From: Kofleriaceae bacterium
Lineage (GTDB): Bacteria > Myxococcota_A > Polyangia > Haliangiales > Haliangiaceae
DNA length: 64,000 nucleotides
Assembly: GCA_965215005.1 (NCBI GenBank)
Contig: CBDCCZ010000023.1
Coordinates: forward strand, 1-64,000
Reading direction: 5' to 3'
Shown here: positions 51,718-62,888 of the stretch, piece after piece
Layout: the number at the start of each line of letters is the position of its first letter
Position numbering within the stretch: position 1 is the first letter of the stretch
Notes under the pieces: generated by a model
What the model was told of the DNA's origin: nothing
Databases searched by the model: none
The model's input: only the letters and a program-made list of their open reading frames with translations
Program-made: the position numbers and the translations under genes

Positions 51718-53223
51718 CTACCAGCGCCGCCAGCCGGTGTCGCCGCCGCCAGGGGCGACCACCGTCTCGACCGGCTTGCCTTCGCCATAGCCGGAGGCAC
51801 TCTGCACCCCGACCAAGGCGTGTTCCGCGAACGCATGACAGCTGGTCACGCCAGTGTAGGTGAATGCCGACTGCAAGCCGGTCACCAGCTCCACGATGAT
51901 CTCTCCGACGCTGACGCGTCCTTCTTGCAAATAGACTCGTGAACCGGAAATGCCTTCGCGAAAGAACGACTTCTGCGCCCGCTCGAACGGATCGAGACCT
52001 GCGGTTCGATCGATGACCGCTCGCGCGCTGGCCATTCCATAACTCTCTTTGTACGGTCGCCCTTTGGCGTCTTCGCGGACGTCGCCAGGGCTCTCGTACG
52101 TGCCCGCAAGCATCGTCCCGACCATCACACGCGCGGCGCCAGCGGCCATGTAGAGGGCGACATCGCGAGGATTTCGCACGCCGCCGTCAGCCCAAACGTG
52201 TTTTCCGAGCCGCCGCGCTTCCGCGGCGCACGTGCGCACCGCGGTGAAGCTCGGGCGACCGACACCGGTCTGCATTCGCGTCGTGCACATCGCGCCGGGA
52301 CCGACGTTGACCTTGACGATATCGGCACCGGCGGTGATCAGCTCGCGGGTGCCGTGGGCGGTGCAAACGTTGCCCGCGATGAGCGGGATGGTATCGCCGA
52401 TGGCACGACGAACCGCGGCTATCGCTTCGAGCATGCGGCGCTGATGGCCATGCGCCGTGTCGAGCACCACCGCACTCACCCCGCACTCCACCAATGCCGC
52501 CGCCGTGCGCGGCGCGTCGCTGGCGATGCCGAGCGCGCAGGCCACCATGAGCTTGCCGTTGCCATCAACGGCTGGGCGCAACATCTCCAGACGAACCGCG
52601 TCATCGCGGGTGAGAACCCCGACCAACGCGCCTTGGTCATCGAGTATCGGCGCAGCTTTAAGGCGCTCGCGCTCGAGCCTGAGAAACGCCTCACGATTGC
52701 CGATGCCCGCAGCAAACCCGATCATCTGCGATGACATCAAGTGCTCGACCGCGGTGTATTGATCGCGATCGCGCAGATCGGCTGGCTTGACGACTCCAAC
52801 CGGTCGCCGCTGCTCATCGACGACGACCACCATGTGGTGGGCTCGCTTGAAGATCAAACCCAAGACGTCGCGCAGCGTCGCCCGCGGCGACACCCAAAGC
52901 GGCGTGTCGTAACGCGGGTCGGCTTGGCGAATGTGCGCCACGATGCGCCGTACCGTCGCTAGCTCCATGTCTTGTGGCAACACGCCCAGGCCGCCGTAGC
53001 GCGCCATGGTTTCGGCCATGCGCTTGCCGGTCACGGCATTCATGTTTGCCGATACCACCGGGTGACAACCGCCCGCAAAGTCGACCGGCGTCAGGTCGGT
53101 TTCGAGACGGCTGGTGCCATCGAATCGATGCGGTACCAGAAAGACGTCTTCGAGAGCAAGCTCGAGCAACTCGTCACGTTCGGGATGAAGAAACCGCACC
53201 GCGCGAGTATGCGCGATGGACAC
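51718..53223 (-). CDS. guaB1: GuaB1-family IMP dehydrogenase/GMP reductase-related protein with CBS domains
   Basis: ANMNAVTGKRMAETMARYGG, DTAHGHQ, GPGAMCTTRMQTGVGRP, HVWADGG, KESYGMAS. Confidence 0.9.
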   Translation of the reverse strand: MSIAHTRAVRFLHPERDELLELALEDVFLVPHRFDGTSRLETDLTPVDFAGGCHPVVSANMNAVTGKRMAETMARYGGLGVLPQDMELATVRRIVAHIRQADPRYDTPLWVSPRATLRDVLGLIFKRAHHMVVVVDEQRRPVGVVKPADLRDRDQYTAVEHLMSSQMIGFAAGIGNREAFLRLERERLKAAPILDDQGALVGVLTRDDAVRLEMLRPAVDGNGKLMVACALGIASDAPRTAAALVECGVSAVVLDTAHGHQRRMLEAIAAVRRAIGDTIPLIAGNVCTAHGTRELITAGADIVKVNVGPGAMCTTRMQTGVGRPSFTAVRTCAAEARRLGKHVWADGGVRNPRDVALYMAAGAARVMVGTMLAGTYESPGDVREDAKGRPYKESYGMASARAVIDRTAGLDPFERAQKSFFREGISGSRVYLQEGRVSVGEIIVELVTGLQSAFTYTGVTSCHAFAEHALVGVQSASGYGEGKPVETVVAPGGGDTGWRRW

Positions 53224-53232
53224 ACGCCTGTC

Positions 53233-54540
53233 TCAGGCCTTGCCACGCATCAGCAGCGGCTCGAGACGCGGCAAGGCAGGAACGATGCGACGCGCCAGAC
53301 GGGAACGCCGCAGGCTGCGAAACGGGTCGACGAGCTCGGTTTGGGGTGGTTTGGCGCCCAGCCGCTCGAGCACTGCACCAATCGGGTGTCGCAAACGCTG
53401 CTGCGTCGCGATGAGCACTCCCATCAGCTCGGCACCGGCAGAGATCAGTGGGCCAGCGCCATACCGCGGCTGACCGGTGCCAAACACATAGAGGTTCTTG
53501 TGCGTCGTTGGCAGGACCCCGGCGATGAGCCGCGGTAAGCCATCGACGATCTCAACCAATCCAGGAGCTAAGAACGGAAAGCTCAGCTGATAGCCGGTTG
53601 CGCAAACGACCAAGTCGAAACCCTCGCGGCTGCCATCGGTGAACTCGACCTCTCGGCCGTGCCACGCAGCTACATCGGGATGTGGCGTGATGCGGCCATG
53701 CCGCAAGTAATACAGTAGCTGCGAGTTGATGGTCGGGTGCTTGTCGAAGGGCCGGTGATCTGGTGTTGGCAAGCCGTAGCGGCGATAGTCGCCGATCACC
53801 AACTTGAGCATCGTCTTCAACAGTGCCCTTTGCATCGGCACAGGCATCCACGGGCGCATGAGCTCGACTGTGGGCAGCCCGAGCATGGTCTTGGGCAAGA
53901 ACCAGTAGCCACGGCGAAGACTGATATGAGAGGCGCTTGCGAAACGCGCCGCTTCAACCGCGATGTCGCACGCCGAGTTGCCGCCGCCGATGACGAGAAC
54001 GCGCTTGCCGACCAGCTGGGCGGGTTGCTTGTAGTCTTTGCTGTGAATGAGCTCGGCAGTCAGCTCGCCCGGATACCGTGGCCAGCGTCGCGCCCAATGA
54101 TGCCCATTGCACACGATGACGCCACCGTAGACTCTCTGCTCGCGCTCGCCCGACCGCTCGAATGTGACCAACCAGTGCCCTTCGGCACCCGTCGCTGGCT
54201 CCACCGTCACAACGCGGGTATCGAGCTCGAGGTGCGCATGCAGTTTCCAGTGCTCGGCGTATGCATGCAAGTAACGCAACATTTGCGAGGCACTGGGAAA
54301 GTCAGGCCAGTGCGCGGGCATGGGAAAGTCGCTGTACTCCGTGGTCTTGCGCGATGAGATGATGTGCACCGTCTCATAGACGCCGTGATACCAGTTGCCG
54401 CCGATGGCATCGGCAGCATCAACCAGGTCGAAGTCGATACGTTGCCGCTGCAGCGCCGCAGCAACGCCCAGACCCGAGAAGCCAGCGCCGATGATGAGAT
54501 GACGCCCGCGTCGCTCGCTGGGGTGCGGCGTTGCGCTCAC
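53233..54540 (-). CDS. Flavin-containing monooxygenase
   Basis: IIGAGFSG, IHSKDYK, VIGGGNSACD, CATGY. Confidence 0.93.
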   Translation of the reverse strand: MSATPHPSERRGRHLIIGAGFSGLGVAAALQRQRIDFDLVDAADAIGGNWYHGVYETVHIISSRKTTEYSDFPMPAHWPDFPSASQMLRYLHAYAEHWKLHAHLELDTRVVTVEPATGAEGHWLVTFERSGEREQRVYGGVIVCNGHHWARRWPRYPGELTAELIHSKDYKQPAQLVGKRVLVIGGGNSACDIAVEAARFASASHISLRRGYWFLPKTMLGLPTVELMRPWMPVPMQRALLKTMLKLVIGDYRRYGLPTPDHRPFDKHPTINSQLLYYLRHGRITPHPDVAAWHGREVEFTDGSREGFDLVVCATGYQLSFPFLAPGLVEIVDGLPRLIAGVLPTTHKNLYVFGTGQPRYGAGPLISAGAELMGVLIATQQRLRHPIGAVLERLGAKPPQTELVDPFRSLRRSRLARRIVPALPRLEPLLMRGKA

Positions 54541-57428
54541 CCGTAGGCCTCCGCCGCACCCAACGCCCGCGCCAGGTGCTCGCGCGTGTGCGCCCGTCGC
54601 CTGGCGAGCCGCTCCTTGGGATCCTCGACCACCAGCGGCTCATCGGGGGTTACCTTGTACAGGGGCTGCCCCTTGCTGACGATGGTGCCTTGGCCATCGA
54701 CGAGCACCTTGTCGATCGTCCCCGCGAACGGTGCGCGTACCTTGTTGAACATCTTCATCACCTCGAGGATGTAGAGCGGCTGCCCCGCCTCGAAATGCGT
54801 GCCCTCGCGCGCCAAAGCCGGCTGATCGGGCGCCTCTTGCGCGTAAAACATACCGCCAGACTCGGCAACGATCTCATCGGCGCTGGTCGCCGGCGGCGGC
54901 ACGAGTATCTTGCGCATCCGCGCCTGCAGCGCCGGGTCGAATAGGTGCTGGGGAATTGTGATCTGCAGGTCCTTTTCGACCCGCAAGTCTTCAAAGGCGA
55001 CGGAGTGCCCGATGCTCGGCACGATGGCAAGCACCTCGAGGCCGCACTGAAATCCTGCGTGAGCACCCCGCACGCGCTGCCATAACTCGTTTGACTCGGT
55101 CCAGGCCGATGGTGGCGTGTCGCGAGCCAACAGCTGCTCGAGCTCGGGAAACGGCATCGTCCCGAGGCGCTCGTCGAGACGGCGATAAAATCCCAGCGCG
55201 GTCTGCATGAGCGCATGGTCGTGGTCCCAGATGACCTGCGCCGGGGGCATGGCGGCATCCCACGTCATGTTCAAGAGCTCGTAGGTTTGCTGCAAGATCG
55301 CGATGGGGTTGGCCTGCCAGCGCACCCCTTGCGCGTCGAACGTGAAATCGCCGCGGTGATGGCTGAGCCATGCTGATAGCAGATGCGGCTCCTCGAACAG
55401 TCTTTGCAGGACACGGCCAAGCAGCGTCTGTTTGGCCGCGATCGCCGCACGCACGCCATCGCCGTTAGCGGCTCCAGCGGCTTTCTCACGGTGCTCCTGC
55501 ACGTAGGCAAGCGCGTAGTCGATATCGAGCTCGCGCGCCTGCTCTGCTAGCAGCCCGACCAGCGTCAGGTACGGCATGACGAAAGCCGTGGTGGGCTCGG
55601 CCATGACATCGCGCGCTAAAAACCAATGCACCAGCCCATAGTGGAACGCCAGGTTGGTTTCGAGATCGACGCCACGCAGGCGCGTTACCCGCAGGATTTC
55701 GGCCAAACGCTCATAGCTGTCGCGGCGATCGCTGCCGTGTGTAATGAGCAGCGCGACGTTGGAGTCATACGCACCCGCGAGTCGGTAGTGCATGAACATG
55801 CCGGTGTCGGGGTTCTTGAGCGAGATGCCTTGGTCATCGCGAATCTCACCCGCGATCGGATCGCTCCAGTTGACGATGATCCCGCCGGCATGAGGCGCTA
55901 GCGCCCGATTGGTGGCGTTGAGTCGTGCTTCCAATGCGGCCATCTCACGGACCCGCCGCTCAGGGCGCGGCAGCCGCGCGCCATGGCGGGCAAGGAGCAC
56001 CATGCATTCGACTAGCGAACGAACCTCGAAGAAGTCGTCTGGATCCTCGGGATTGCAAAACCGCAGGGTGTAGCAAAGCTCGGAAACTCGATGCTCGACC
56101 TGAATGCGAGTGTTGACCTCCATGAAGAAATGGCGGTCGCGCTCGACGATGCACTCAAAGGTCGACGCCGAGTCCAACCCGACCGCGCTGCCAAAGCGCT
56201 CGGCCTCTTCCTCCATACGACCCAAGGTCTTCAGATTGCGCGCAATCGCCTCGGCGCGGCTCGTCTCGCCGCGCTGCGCTGCACGTTCCTGCTCGGCAGC
56301 CAACCCTTCGCGCGTGATGGAAACCTCGAGAAGCTTTTGCTCGTGCATCTGCAGCGAACAATCTCGGCCGCCCATGGCGAGCGTCCACTGACCATTGCCG
56401 ATCAGCTGGATCTCGTTATGTCGCGTCTGTTCGATGTTGAGCTCGATGAGAATGTTCTTGTTGTCACCAACGCCCGTGGCTTTGACCTCGGACAAGACCT
56501 CGAGAACTTTCTCACTAGCGATATTCGCGGCGGTGGCGGCGGCAGCGCGAGGATCGCGGGCGTCGGCGCTGATGCCCGCGAGAATGCGCTGGCCTTTGCC
56601 ACCGCCGCCGCCGATCGCCTTGAGACGAACGCGTGAGCCCGGATGCTCCGCGAGCATCACCGCCACGTCGTTGGTGATTTGCGCTGCTAGCTCATCAACG
56701 GTGTACAGGTCGATGCCGCGGGCATAAGCAGCCTCGAGAATGGCATCGGCAACAGCGAAAAGATTCGTCTCCTGGGCCCATAGCGCCTCGTCGATGGTTA
56801 GCTGACGCGACGCTGCCAGCTCGCGCAGCGCCGCGATGCTGCCGTGCTTGGCCAGCAACGTGCGAGCGGTGGCGTTGTCGACACCCGGAGTCACGCTCAC
56901 GTTTTCTTGCTGTGCGGTGCGCTTGGCCTCGTCTTTGAGTCCGGCGGCGCGCACCACATGCGAGCCCGGGCCGATGAAACGCAGCCCGGCGCGCTCGATG
57001 GCGGCGACCAGCTGTTCATCCTCCGCCATGAAACCGTAGCCGGCAAAAATCGAGTCGTAGCCGTGGGCGTGCGCGATAGCGATGATTTCCGCGATGCGCT
57101 CGCCGCGCTCTTCTTTGGTGGCGCCCGTGTAGTCCTTGACGCGATGAACGTGGGCGTTGTCGATGACGCGCAGCTCGGGCGCCAGCGCGAAGGTATAGAC
57201 GATGGAGTCCTTTTCCGACAGCAGAATGCCGTAGTGGCCGATCCCCATTTGCGCACAGACGTCCATCGCTTCTTTGCGAATCGGCCCGCGACAAATGATC
57301 AATGGCCGCAGATCTTCGCAGGCAAACGAGCGCACCCATGGCGACGAGGAGCTCTTGCGACGACGGTCTTCGACGACGAGAGGGTTGTTGGCGTAGTAAT
57401 CGCGTTGCTGGTCGAGGGAAGACTTCAT
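54537..57428 (-). CDS. Acyl-CoA carboxylase alpha subunit (biotin carboxylase plus biotin carrier)
   Basis: GYGFMAED, GGGGKG, RDCSLQ, FMEVNTRIQVEH; biotinylation motif EVMKM. Confidence 0.93.
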   Translation of the reverse strand: MKSSLDQQRDYYANNPLVVEDRRRKSSSSPWVRSFACEDLRPLIICRGPIRKEAMDVCAQMGIGHYGILLSEKDSIVYTFALAPELRVIDNAHVHRVKDYTGATKEERGERIAEIIAIAHAHGYDSIFAGYGFMAEDEQLVAAIERAGLRFIGPGSHVVRAAGLKDEAKRTAQQENVSVTPGVDNATARTLLAKHGSIAALRELAASRQLTIDEALWAQETNLFAVADAILEAAYARGIDLYTVDELAAQITNDVAVMLAEHPGSRVRLKAIGGGGGKGQRILAGISADARDPRAAAATAANIASEKVLEVLSEVKATGVGDNKNILIELNIEQTRHNEIQLIGNGQWTLAMGGRDCSLQMHEQKLLEVSITREGLAAEQERAAQRGETSRAEAIARNLKTLGRMEEEAERFGSAVGLDSASTFECIVERDRHFFMEVNTRIQVEHRVSELCYTLRFCNPEDPDDFFEVRSLVECMVLLARHGARLPRPERRVREMAALEARLNATNRALAPHAGGIIVNWSDPIAGEIRDDQGISLKNPDTGMFMHYRLAGAYDSNVALLITHGSDRRDSYERLAEILRVTRLRGVDLETNLAFHYGLVHWFLARDVMAEPTTAFVMPYLTLVGLLAEQARELDIDYALAYVQEHREKAAGAANGDGVRAAIAAKQTLLGRVLQRLFEEPHLLSAWLSHHRGDFTFDAQGVRWQANPIAILQQTYELLNMTWDAAMPPAQVIWDHDHALMQTALGFYRRLDERLGTMPFPELEQLLARDTPPSAWTESNELWQRVRGAHAGFQCGLEVLAIVPSIGHSVAFEDLRVEKDLQITIPQHLFDPALQARMRKILVPPPATSADEIVAESGGMFYAQEAPDQPALAREGTHFEAGQPLYILEVMKMFNKVRAPFAGTIDKVLVDGQGTIVSKGQPLYKVTPDEPLVVEDPKERLARRRAHTREHLARALGAAEAYG

Positions 57429-59146
57429 CAGTGAAACTCGCGCTGCACGCCGGAAAACGGGCCCGGCTGGTAATGACGCAGAAAGAACAGCAGATTTTCG
57501 CCAATCACCTGACGGAGCTGGTTCGGCATGACGATCTGCGAGATGGAGCCCAAGCTGAGGGCTTCGCGGGGATTCATTAGCTCGCGCTCATAGCGCTGCC
57601 CGAGCTCGTCTTCGCGCGCCTTGAGCCAAGCGGCGGCTTCGGCGTGGGCGGCCGCTCGCGCGTCTTTGTCACTCTCGCCCGCCGCCCGCCGCTCTCGAAT
57701 GGCGGCTGCGACGCGGTCGGTGACGCTGCCGCGCAACGCCCGCAGCTCCTTCTTATAGACGAACTCCTTGCCCGCCGCTCCCATCACGGCAACGCGGGTG
57801 GTGGGCAGCGCCAGCACCAGGTCCGCCCCTGTTGCGTAGCAGTTGAAGGAGGCATAGGCACCACCAAACGCGTTGCGCAAAATGAGCAGGATGCGCGGCG
57901 TTCGCACGTCGATGATCGAGTCGAGCATGGCGCGCCCTGCCTGGACGATACCGAGCCCCTCTTGCTCCTTGCCCGGCAAGAAGCCCGTGGTGTCTTCCAT
58001 GAACACGAGCGGAATGTTGTAGAGATTGCAGAATCGAATGAAGCGAGCATTCTTGTAGGCCGCGGCAACATCGATCTGCCCAGAGGCAACGGCGCTGTTG
58101 TTGGCGACGAAGCCGACGACGTGGCCACCGACTCGCCCAAACGCGGTGATGGTATTGCGCGCCCGCCCGGGCTGGATTTCGAAATAGTCGCCGTGATCGC
58201 AAATGCGCTGGATGATGATGCTCACGTCGAACGGCGTGTTGAACCCGCTGGGTGACTCGAGAGTCTTGCGCAGGAGGGTATCCATCTCGGTGGTCTCGCG
58301 GTCGATTGGGTCGCTAGTGGATTGAAACGGCGCTAGCTCGCGATTGTTGCTTGGCAGATAGCCGAGTAGCCGCACCACCGTGCGCAGCGCGCTCACCTCA
58401 TCGCCCACGGTGAGATCAGCCACGCCAGAAGCGCCGTGCACGCGCGGTCCTCCGAGCTCATCGGGCGTGACGTCCTCGCCCAGCACCGACTTGACCACGC
58501 CAGGCCCGGTCAGCCCGAAGAAGGTCTCGCTCGGCTGAATCACGAAGCTGCCTTGCCGTGGCAAATAGCTCCCACCGCCGGCGTTGTAGCCAAACATGCA
58601 CATGATGCTGGGCACCACGCCGCTGATCTTGCGCAGCGCGCGAAATGCCTCGGCGTAGCCATCGAGGCCGCCGACGCCGGCCGGAACGAAGGCACCCGCG
58701 CTGTCGTTCATACCAACGCACGGAATTCCTTTGGCGCCGGCCAGCTCGAAGAGCCGAGCGAGCTTTCGGCCGTTTGTTGCATCCATCGAACCGGCGCGAA
58801 CGGTGAAATCGTGACCGTAGAGGGCAACGTCGCGGCCGCCGATCTCGACGATGGCCGTGACCAGCGACGCGCCGTCTAGATTGGGTCCCCAGTTGTTATA
58901 AAGGATCGTCGGAGGCTTGGCGGTGAGCACGCGAATGCGCTCCCACACCGTCATCCGGCCTTTGAGGTGTTGCTTGGCGATCTGCGTGATGCCCGCGGCG
59001 GTCCGGGGCCGCTCGATGAGCGCGGCGCCTTCTCGCAACACGCGGTCGTATTCGCTGCCGCCAGCGGCGCTGGCTCGATCACCAGGATCGGCGAGTGGAT
59101 CTTCGAGAATGGGGGCCAAAGGCGGTTCTTGAGAATCGTTGGACAT
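57428..59146 (-). CDS. Acyl-CoA carboxylase carboxyltransferase (beta) subunit
   Basis: [39 protein letters not shown]. Confidence 0.94.
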   Translation of the reverse strand: MSNDSQEPPLAPILEDPLADPGDRASAAGGSEYDRVLREGAALIERPRTAAGITQIAKQHLKGRMTVWERIRVLTAKPPTILYNNWGPNLDGASLVTAIVEIGGRDVALYGHDFTVRAGSMDATNGRKLARLFELAGAKGIPCVGMNDSAGAFVPAGVGGLDGYAEAFRALRKISGVVPSIMCMFGYNAGGGSYLPRQGSFVIQPSETFFGLTGPGVVKSVLGEDVTPDELGGPRVHGASGVADLTVGDEVSALRTVVRLLGYLPSNNRELAPFQSTSDPIDRETTEMDTLLRKTLESPSGFNTPFDVSIIIQRICDHGDYFEIQPGRARNTITAFGRVGGHVVGFVANNSAVASGQIDVAAAYKNARFIRFCNLYNIPLVFMEDTTGFLPGKEQEGLGIVQAGRAMLDSIIDVRTPRILLILRNAFGGAYASFNCYATGADLVLALPTTRVAVMGAAGKEFVYKKELRALRGSVTDRVAAAIRERRAAGESDKDARAAAHAEAAAWLKAREDELGQRYERELMNPREALSLGSISQIVMPNQLRQVIGENLLFFLRHYQPGPFSGVQREFH

Positions 59147-59348
59147 GAGTGCTCTTGGGGCTGGGCCGCCCAGACGTAGCGCGGCAGGAGGAGCTTACGC
59201 GACCAAAATACATCGCGTCACGAGCTCGAGCTGCGCAACTCCCGGCTCCCCCCAAGGATCCCATCTCGTCGTCTCGGGCGTTCCGCTAACGCACCCCGCT
59301 CCCCGCCGCACTGCGAGAACTGGCACGTAGCGTGCGTTCGCCTGCCGC

Positions 59349-60041
59349 ATGGAGTCCTCTACAAACCCGCCACTGCGGGCCGCCCTACTCGACTTCGACG
59401 GCACCTTGGCCGACAGCAACGATGCCCACGCTCGAGCCTGGGTCGAGACGTGCCATCGAGACGGCTTGCGCGAGGTTACCTTCGAGCAGGTTCGACCTCT
59501 CATCGGAATGGGCGGCGATAAGCTCCTCGAGGCGCTCCTGAACCTGGCTTCCGATGACCCGCGCTCGCTCGAGCTGCGCGAGCAACGGGGCACGCTGTTT
59601 CTCGAGCGGTACCTCGCCGAGGTGGAGCCATTTCCGCGCGTTCGAGACCTGCTGACGCACCTCAGAGCGATGGGATTGACGCTGATCGTCGCTACCTCGG
59701 CACGGAGCGACGAATTCACTCGAATGGCGCAGCACATCGGCATCGACGACCTCATCGACGGTGCGAGCTCATCCGACGACGCCGACGAGTCCAAACCTGC
59801 CCCCGACATCGTCGAGGCCTCGCTAAAGCTGGCCGGCTGCGCGCCAAACCAGGCATTCCTGCTTGGCGACACGCCCTACGATGCTGCCGCAGCCGCTCGC
59901 GCCGGCGTCGCCTTCATTGGTGTGCGCTGCGGAGGTTGGCCCGCTCACGAGCTGGCGGCGCTCGCCGTCTACGACGATCCCGCCGATCTCGTGGCCCGCT
60001 GGTCCACGACACCACTCGCCCAGCGCTGTCCGAACGCGTAG
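59349..60041 (+). CDS. HAD family hydrolase
   Basis: DFDGTLADS, ATSA, SKPAPD, GDTPYD. Confidence 0.93.
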   Translation: MESSTNPPLRAALLDFDGTLADSNDAHARAWVETCHRDGLREVTFEQVRPLIGMGGDKLLEALLNLASDDPRSLELREQRGTLFLERYLAEVEPFPRVRDLLTHLRAMGLTLIVATSARSDEFTRMAQHIGIDDLIDGASSSDDADESKPAPDIVEASLKLAGCAPNQAFLLGDTPYDAAAAARAGVAFIGVRCGGWPAHELAALAVYDDPADLVARWSTTPLAQRCPNA

Positions 60042-60066
60042 AAGCGCTTCGCAAGACGCGGGCGCA

Positions 60067-60383
60067 TTCTAGCAATCGTAGCGGGGACAGCCCCCCGGCC
60101 GCTTGCGGTCGGGATCAACAATCAAGGAATCCTGGCCCAAACGCGGCAAAGGCGCCCCGCAGGGCGCCTTCTAGCAATCGTAGCGGGGACAGCCACCGGC
60201 CGCTTGCGGACGGGATCAACAATCGAGGAATCCTGGCCCAAACGCGGCAAAGGCGCCCCGCAGGGCGCCTTCTAGCAATAGTAGCGGGGACAGCCCCCCG
60301 GCCGCTTGCGGACGGGATCAACAATCGAGGAATCCTGGCCCAAACGCGGCAAAGGCGCCCCGCAGGGCGCCTTCTAGCAATAG

Positions 60384-60395
<12 letters not shown>
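60067..60395 (-). repeat. Three tandem ~102-bp tRNA-linked repeats, each carrying the tRNA-fMet 3' end
   Basis: Units start at 60067, 60169 and 60270, the last abutting the tRNA trailer at 60372; each contains TAGCGGGGACAG (revcomp of the tRNA 3' end) and a GGCGCCC hairpin. Confidence 0.92.
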
Positions 60396-60457
<62 letters not shown>

Positions 60458-60639
60458 CCGAGTTATCAACCCTCGCCGCTGCGAGGGACAGAACCAATAG
60501 CGAAGTAGCAGATGCAGGTCAAGCACCCCTCGTAGTTTTTTGCTGTTGCTGCCGACCGCGAAAACCGATGGCTTTCAGCGAGCCAGTGGCGGCTTGCAGG
60601 TAGAATCACCGCGCCGGAGCGGTGCCGGCGGCACGACGA

Positions 60640-62784
60640 ATGAATGAGGTGAGCCCCACAGCATGCGCGCAGGTCCTGCAGGCAGCGGAGCGGTTGGCGC
60701 TCGCGCCGCAAGCGCGGCTCGAGGAGCTGGGGCTCAGCTCGGAACAGCAGCATGGCCGAGGAGCACGGGTATCCTGGGATGCGTTTCGCGCGCTCCTTGC
60801 CGCGCTGGAGACGCGGGGCGCGCGTCACCAAGAGCTCGACGCCCTCGGGCTCGAGATGCTGCACGTTCCCGCCTTCGCCACCATGGGGCGACTGGCGTCG
60901 ATGCTGTTCTCGACTCGTCAGCTGTACTGGTTTGGCGCCCGCTGGATCACGCCGTCGCTGTTTCCGCACCTTCTCGTCGAGCAGCGCGATGTAGACGGCG
61001 GCGTCGAGCTGCGCGTCGAGCTCCCCGAGCCTTACGCGCCGAGCAGCGAGTTTTGGCAGCTCTACCTCGGCGCGTGGCGCGGCTTCCCGGTGCTGCTTGG
61101 CCTCGAGCCCGCCGCGATCACCTACGAGCTCAGCGAGCGCTCGATGCGGGCCGTCGCGCAATTTCCCAAACAGCCCTCACTCGTCAAGCGCCTCGGACGC
61201 GCGGCGCGGACCGCGGTATCGCCATGGGCCATGGCGCAGGTGCTAGCCGACCAACAAGATGAGCTTCGCGAGCGCTATCGGGAAATCTGGCGCTCGCGAG
61301 AGAGCCTGCAACAGCTCATCGATCGAATACCCGATGCGGTGCTGGTTCATCGCGACGGCCGCATCGTTTATGCCAACCCGGCGATGCTCACGGCGCTTGC
61401 GCTCTCCACCGACCTCGTCGGCCGTCCGCTGCTCGAGCTGATCGTCGCAAGCGATCGCGACCTCGCGCGCACGCATCTGCTCGGCGGCGGCCGCTCGCGC
61501 ACGCAGCTTCGCGAGATCCGCATGCGCCGCGATGGTGGCGGCACGGTTCTCTTCGAAATGGCTCCCCCCGCCGAGCTCTACTTCGGCAGTAGCCCCGCAA
61601 TGCTGCTCGTAGGGCGCGATATCACCGACCGCCGGCGTCTCGAAGATCACCTGATGCGCTCCAATCGCCTCTCTTCGCTCGGAAGACTCGCGGCCGGAGT
61701 CGCGCACGAGCTCAATAATCCCCTCGCCTATATTGGATTGAATCTACAGCTCTTGCAGAAGACGATCGCGCAGCTCCCCAACGAGCACAGCCGCGACGGC
61801 GCGCGCCGCTCCATCGAAGCCGCGCGGCATGGCGTAGAACGCGCACGGACCATCGTCCGCGACTTATCCACGTTCTCACGCCCAGAGCAGGAATCGACTG
61901 AGTCGCTCGACCTTCGCGTCGTCATCGACGCGGCCGCCGCCATGATCAAGAGCCAGCTCGAACAACGTGCATCACTGGTTACGAGCTACCAAGGCGCGCT
62001 GCGCGTGCGAGCCAATCGCTCGCGCATGGAGCAAGTATTCGTCAACCTATTCATGAATGCACTCGAGGCCTTCGGCGAACGTCCCAAGAGCCAAAACGTC
62101 ATCGAGGTGCGCGCCTGGGGAGGTACCGGACACGAGACTCTCGTTGAGGTCTCCGACAACGGTCCTGGAATCGCCCGCACCCTCATCGACAAAGTGTTCG
62201 ATCCCTTTTTCACCACCAAACCCGTGCGTGAAGGCACCGGCCTTGGATTGTCGATCTGTCACGGCATCATCACCCGGTTTGGCGGCGACATCGGTGTCAC
62301 GTCGGACGCCGGCGCCGGCAGCACATTCCGCCTCACCTTCCCCATCGATCCGATTCCAGCGCTGCAAACGTCGCTGCCGAGTCTCGAGCAACCTACGGCA
62401 ACCGAGCGGCCCCGACGCAAGATCCTCCTCATCGATGATGAGCCCAAGCTCGCCTCCATCTTGGCGGAGCTCTTGGAGCTGCATCACGATGTCGAGGTCG
62501 TGGTCGATGGCCACGATGCCCTCGGTCGCCTCCTCGGTCAGGAGCACTTTGACTTGGTGCTCTGCGATCTCATGATGGTCGGACTGACCGGCATGGAGCT
62601 CTACGACGAGCTGCGCCGGCACGACCCTGCGGCGGTCACTCGGCTGGTGTTCATGACCGGCGGCGCCTTTACCCAAAAGGCTCGCGAATTTCTCGAGAGC
62701 GTCTCTAACGAGTGCCTCGAGAAGCCGTTTACCGTCGACCGCATCCTCGACGTCGTCGAGCAGATTGCCGCGCGCGAGCAATAG
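60640..62784 (+). CDS. Hybrid sensor histidine kinase (unknown N-terminal domain, PAS, HisKA, HATPase, REC)
   Basis: IVYANPA; AGVAHELNNPL; FDPFFTTK...GTGLGL; LLIDDE...DLVLCDLMM...KPF. Confidence 0.93.
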   Translation: MNEVSPTACAQVLQAAERLALAPQARLEELGLSSEQQHGRGARVSWDAFRALLAALETRGARHQELDALGLEMLHVPAFATMGRLASMLFSTRQLYWFGARWITPSLFPHLLVEQRDVDGGVELRVELPEPYAPSSEFWQLYLGAWRGFPVLLGLEPAAITYELSERSMRAVAQFPKQPSLVKRLGRAARTAVSPWAMAQVLADQQDELRERYREIWRSRESLQQLIDRIPDAVLVHRDGRIVYANPAMLTALALSTDLVGRPLLELIVASDRDLARTHLLGGGRSRTQLREIRMRRDGGGTVLFEMAPPAELYFGSSPAMLLVGRDITDRRRLEDHLMRSNRLSSLGRLAAGVAHELNNPLAYIGLNLQLLQKTIAQLPNEHSRDGARRSIEAARHGVERARTIVRDLSTFSRPEQESTESLDLRVVIDAAAAMIKSQLEQRASLVTSYQGALRVRANRSRMEQVFVNLFMNALEAFGERPKSQNVIEVRAWGGTGHETLVEVSDNGPGIARTLIDKVFDPFFTTKPVREGTGLGLSICHGIITRFGGDIGVTSDAGAGSTFRLTFPIDPIPALQTSLPSLEQPTATERPRRKILLIDDEPKLASILAELLELHHDVEVVVDGHDALGRLLGQEHFDLVLCDLMMVGLTGMELYDELRRHDPAAVTRLVFMTGGAFTQKAREFLESVSNECLEKPFTVDRILDVVEQIAAREQ

Positions 62785-62863
62785 TCCCGTACGGGGCTCA
62801 CCCGCCCATAGGCGCCGAACGCATGACTCTCCTCGCTCTGCGGATATTTGCTTCGACTCCCGA

Positions 62864-62884
62864 ATATTTCATGATACGAAATAT
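62864..62884. promoter_or_regulatory. Inverted repeat, probable MarR operator
   Basis: ATATTTC-N7-GAAATAT, an AT-rich palindrome directly upstream of the MarR ATG (62889). Confidence 0.6.
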
Positions 62885-62888
62885 CTTC

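Noticed and set aside
46270..60066. Integrated element or prophage between the tRNAs
   Set aside because: The tRNAs are inverted rather than direct repeats; no integrase or phage genes; content is metabolic
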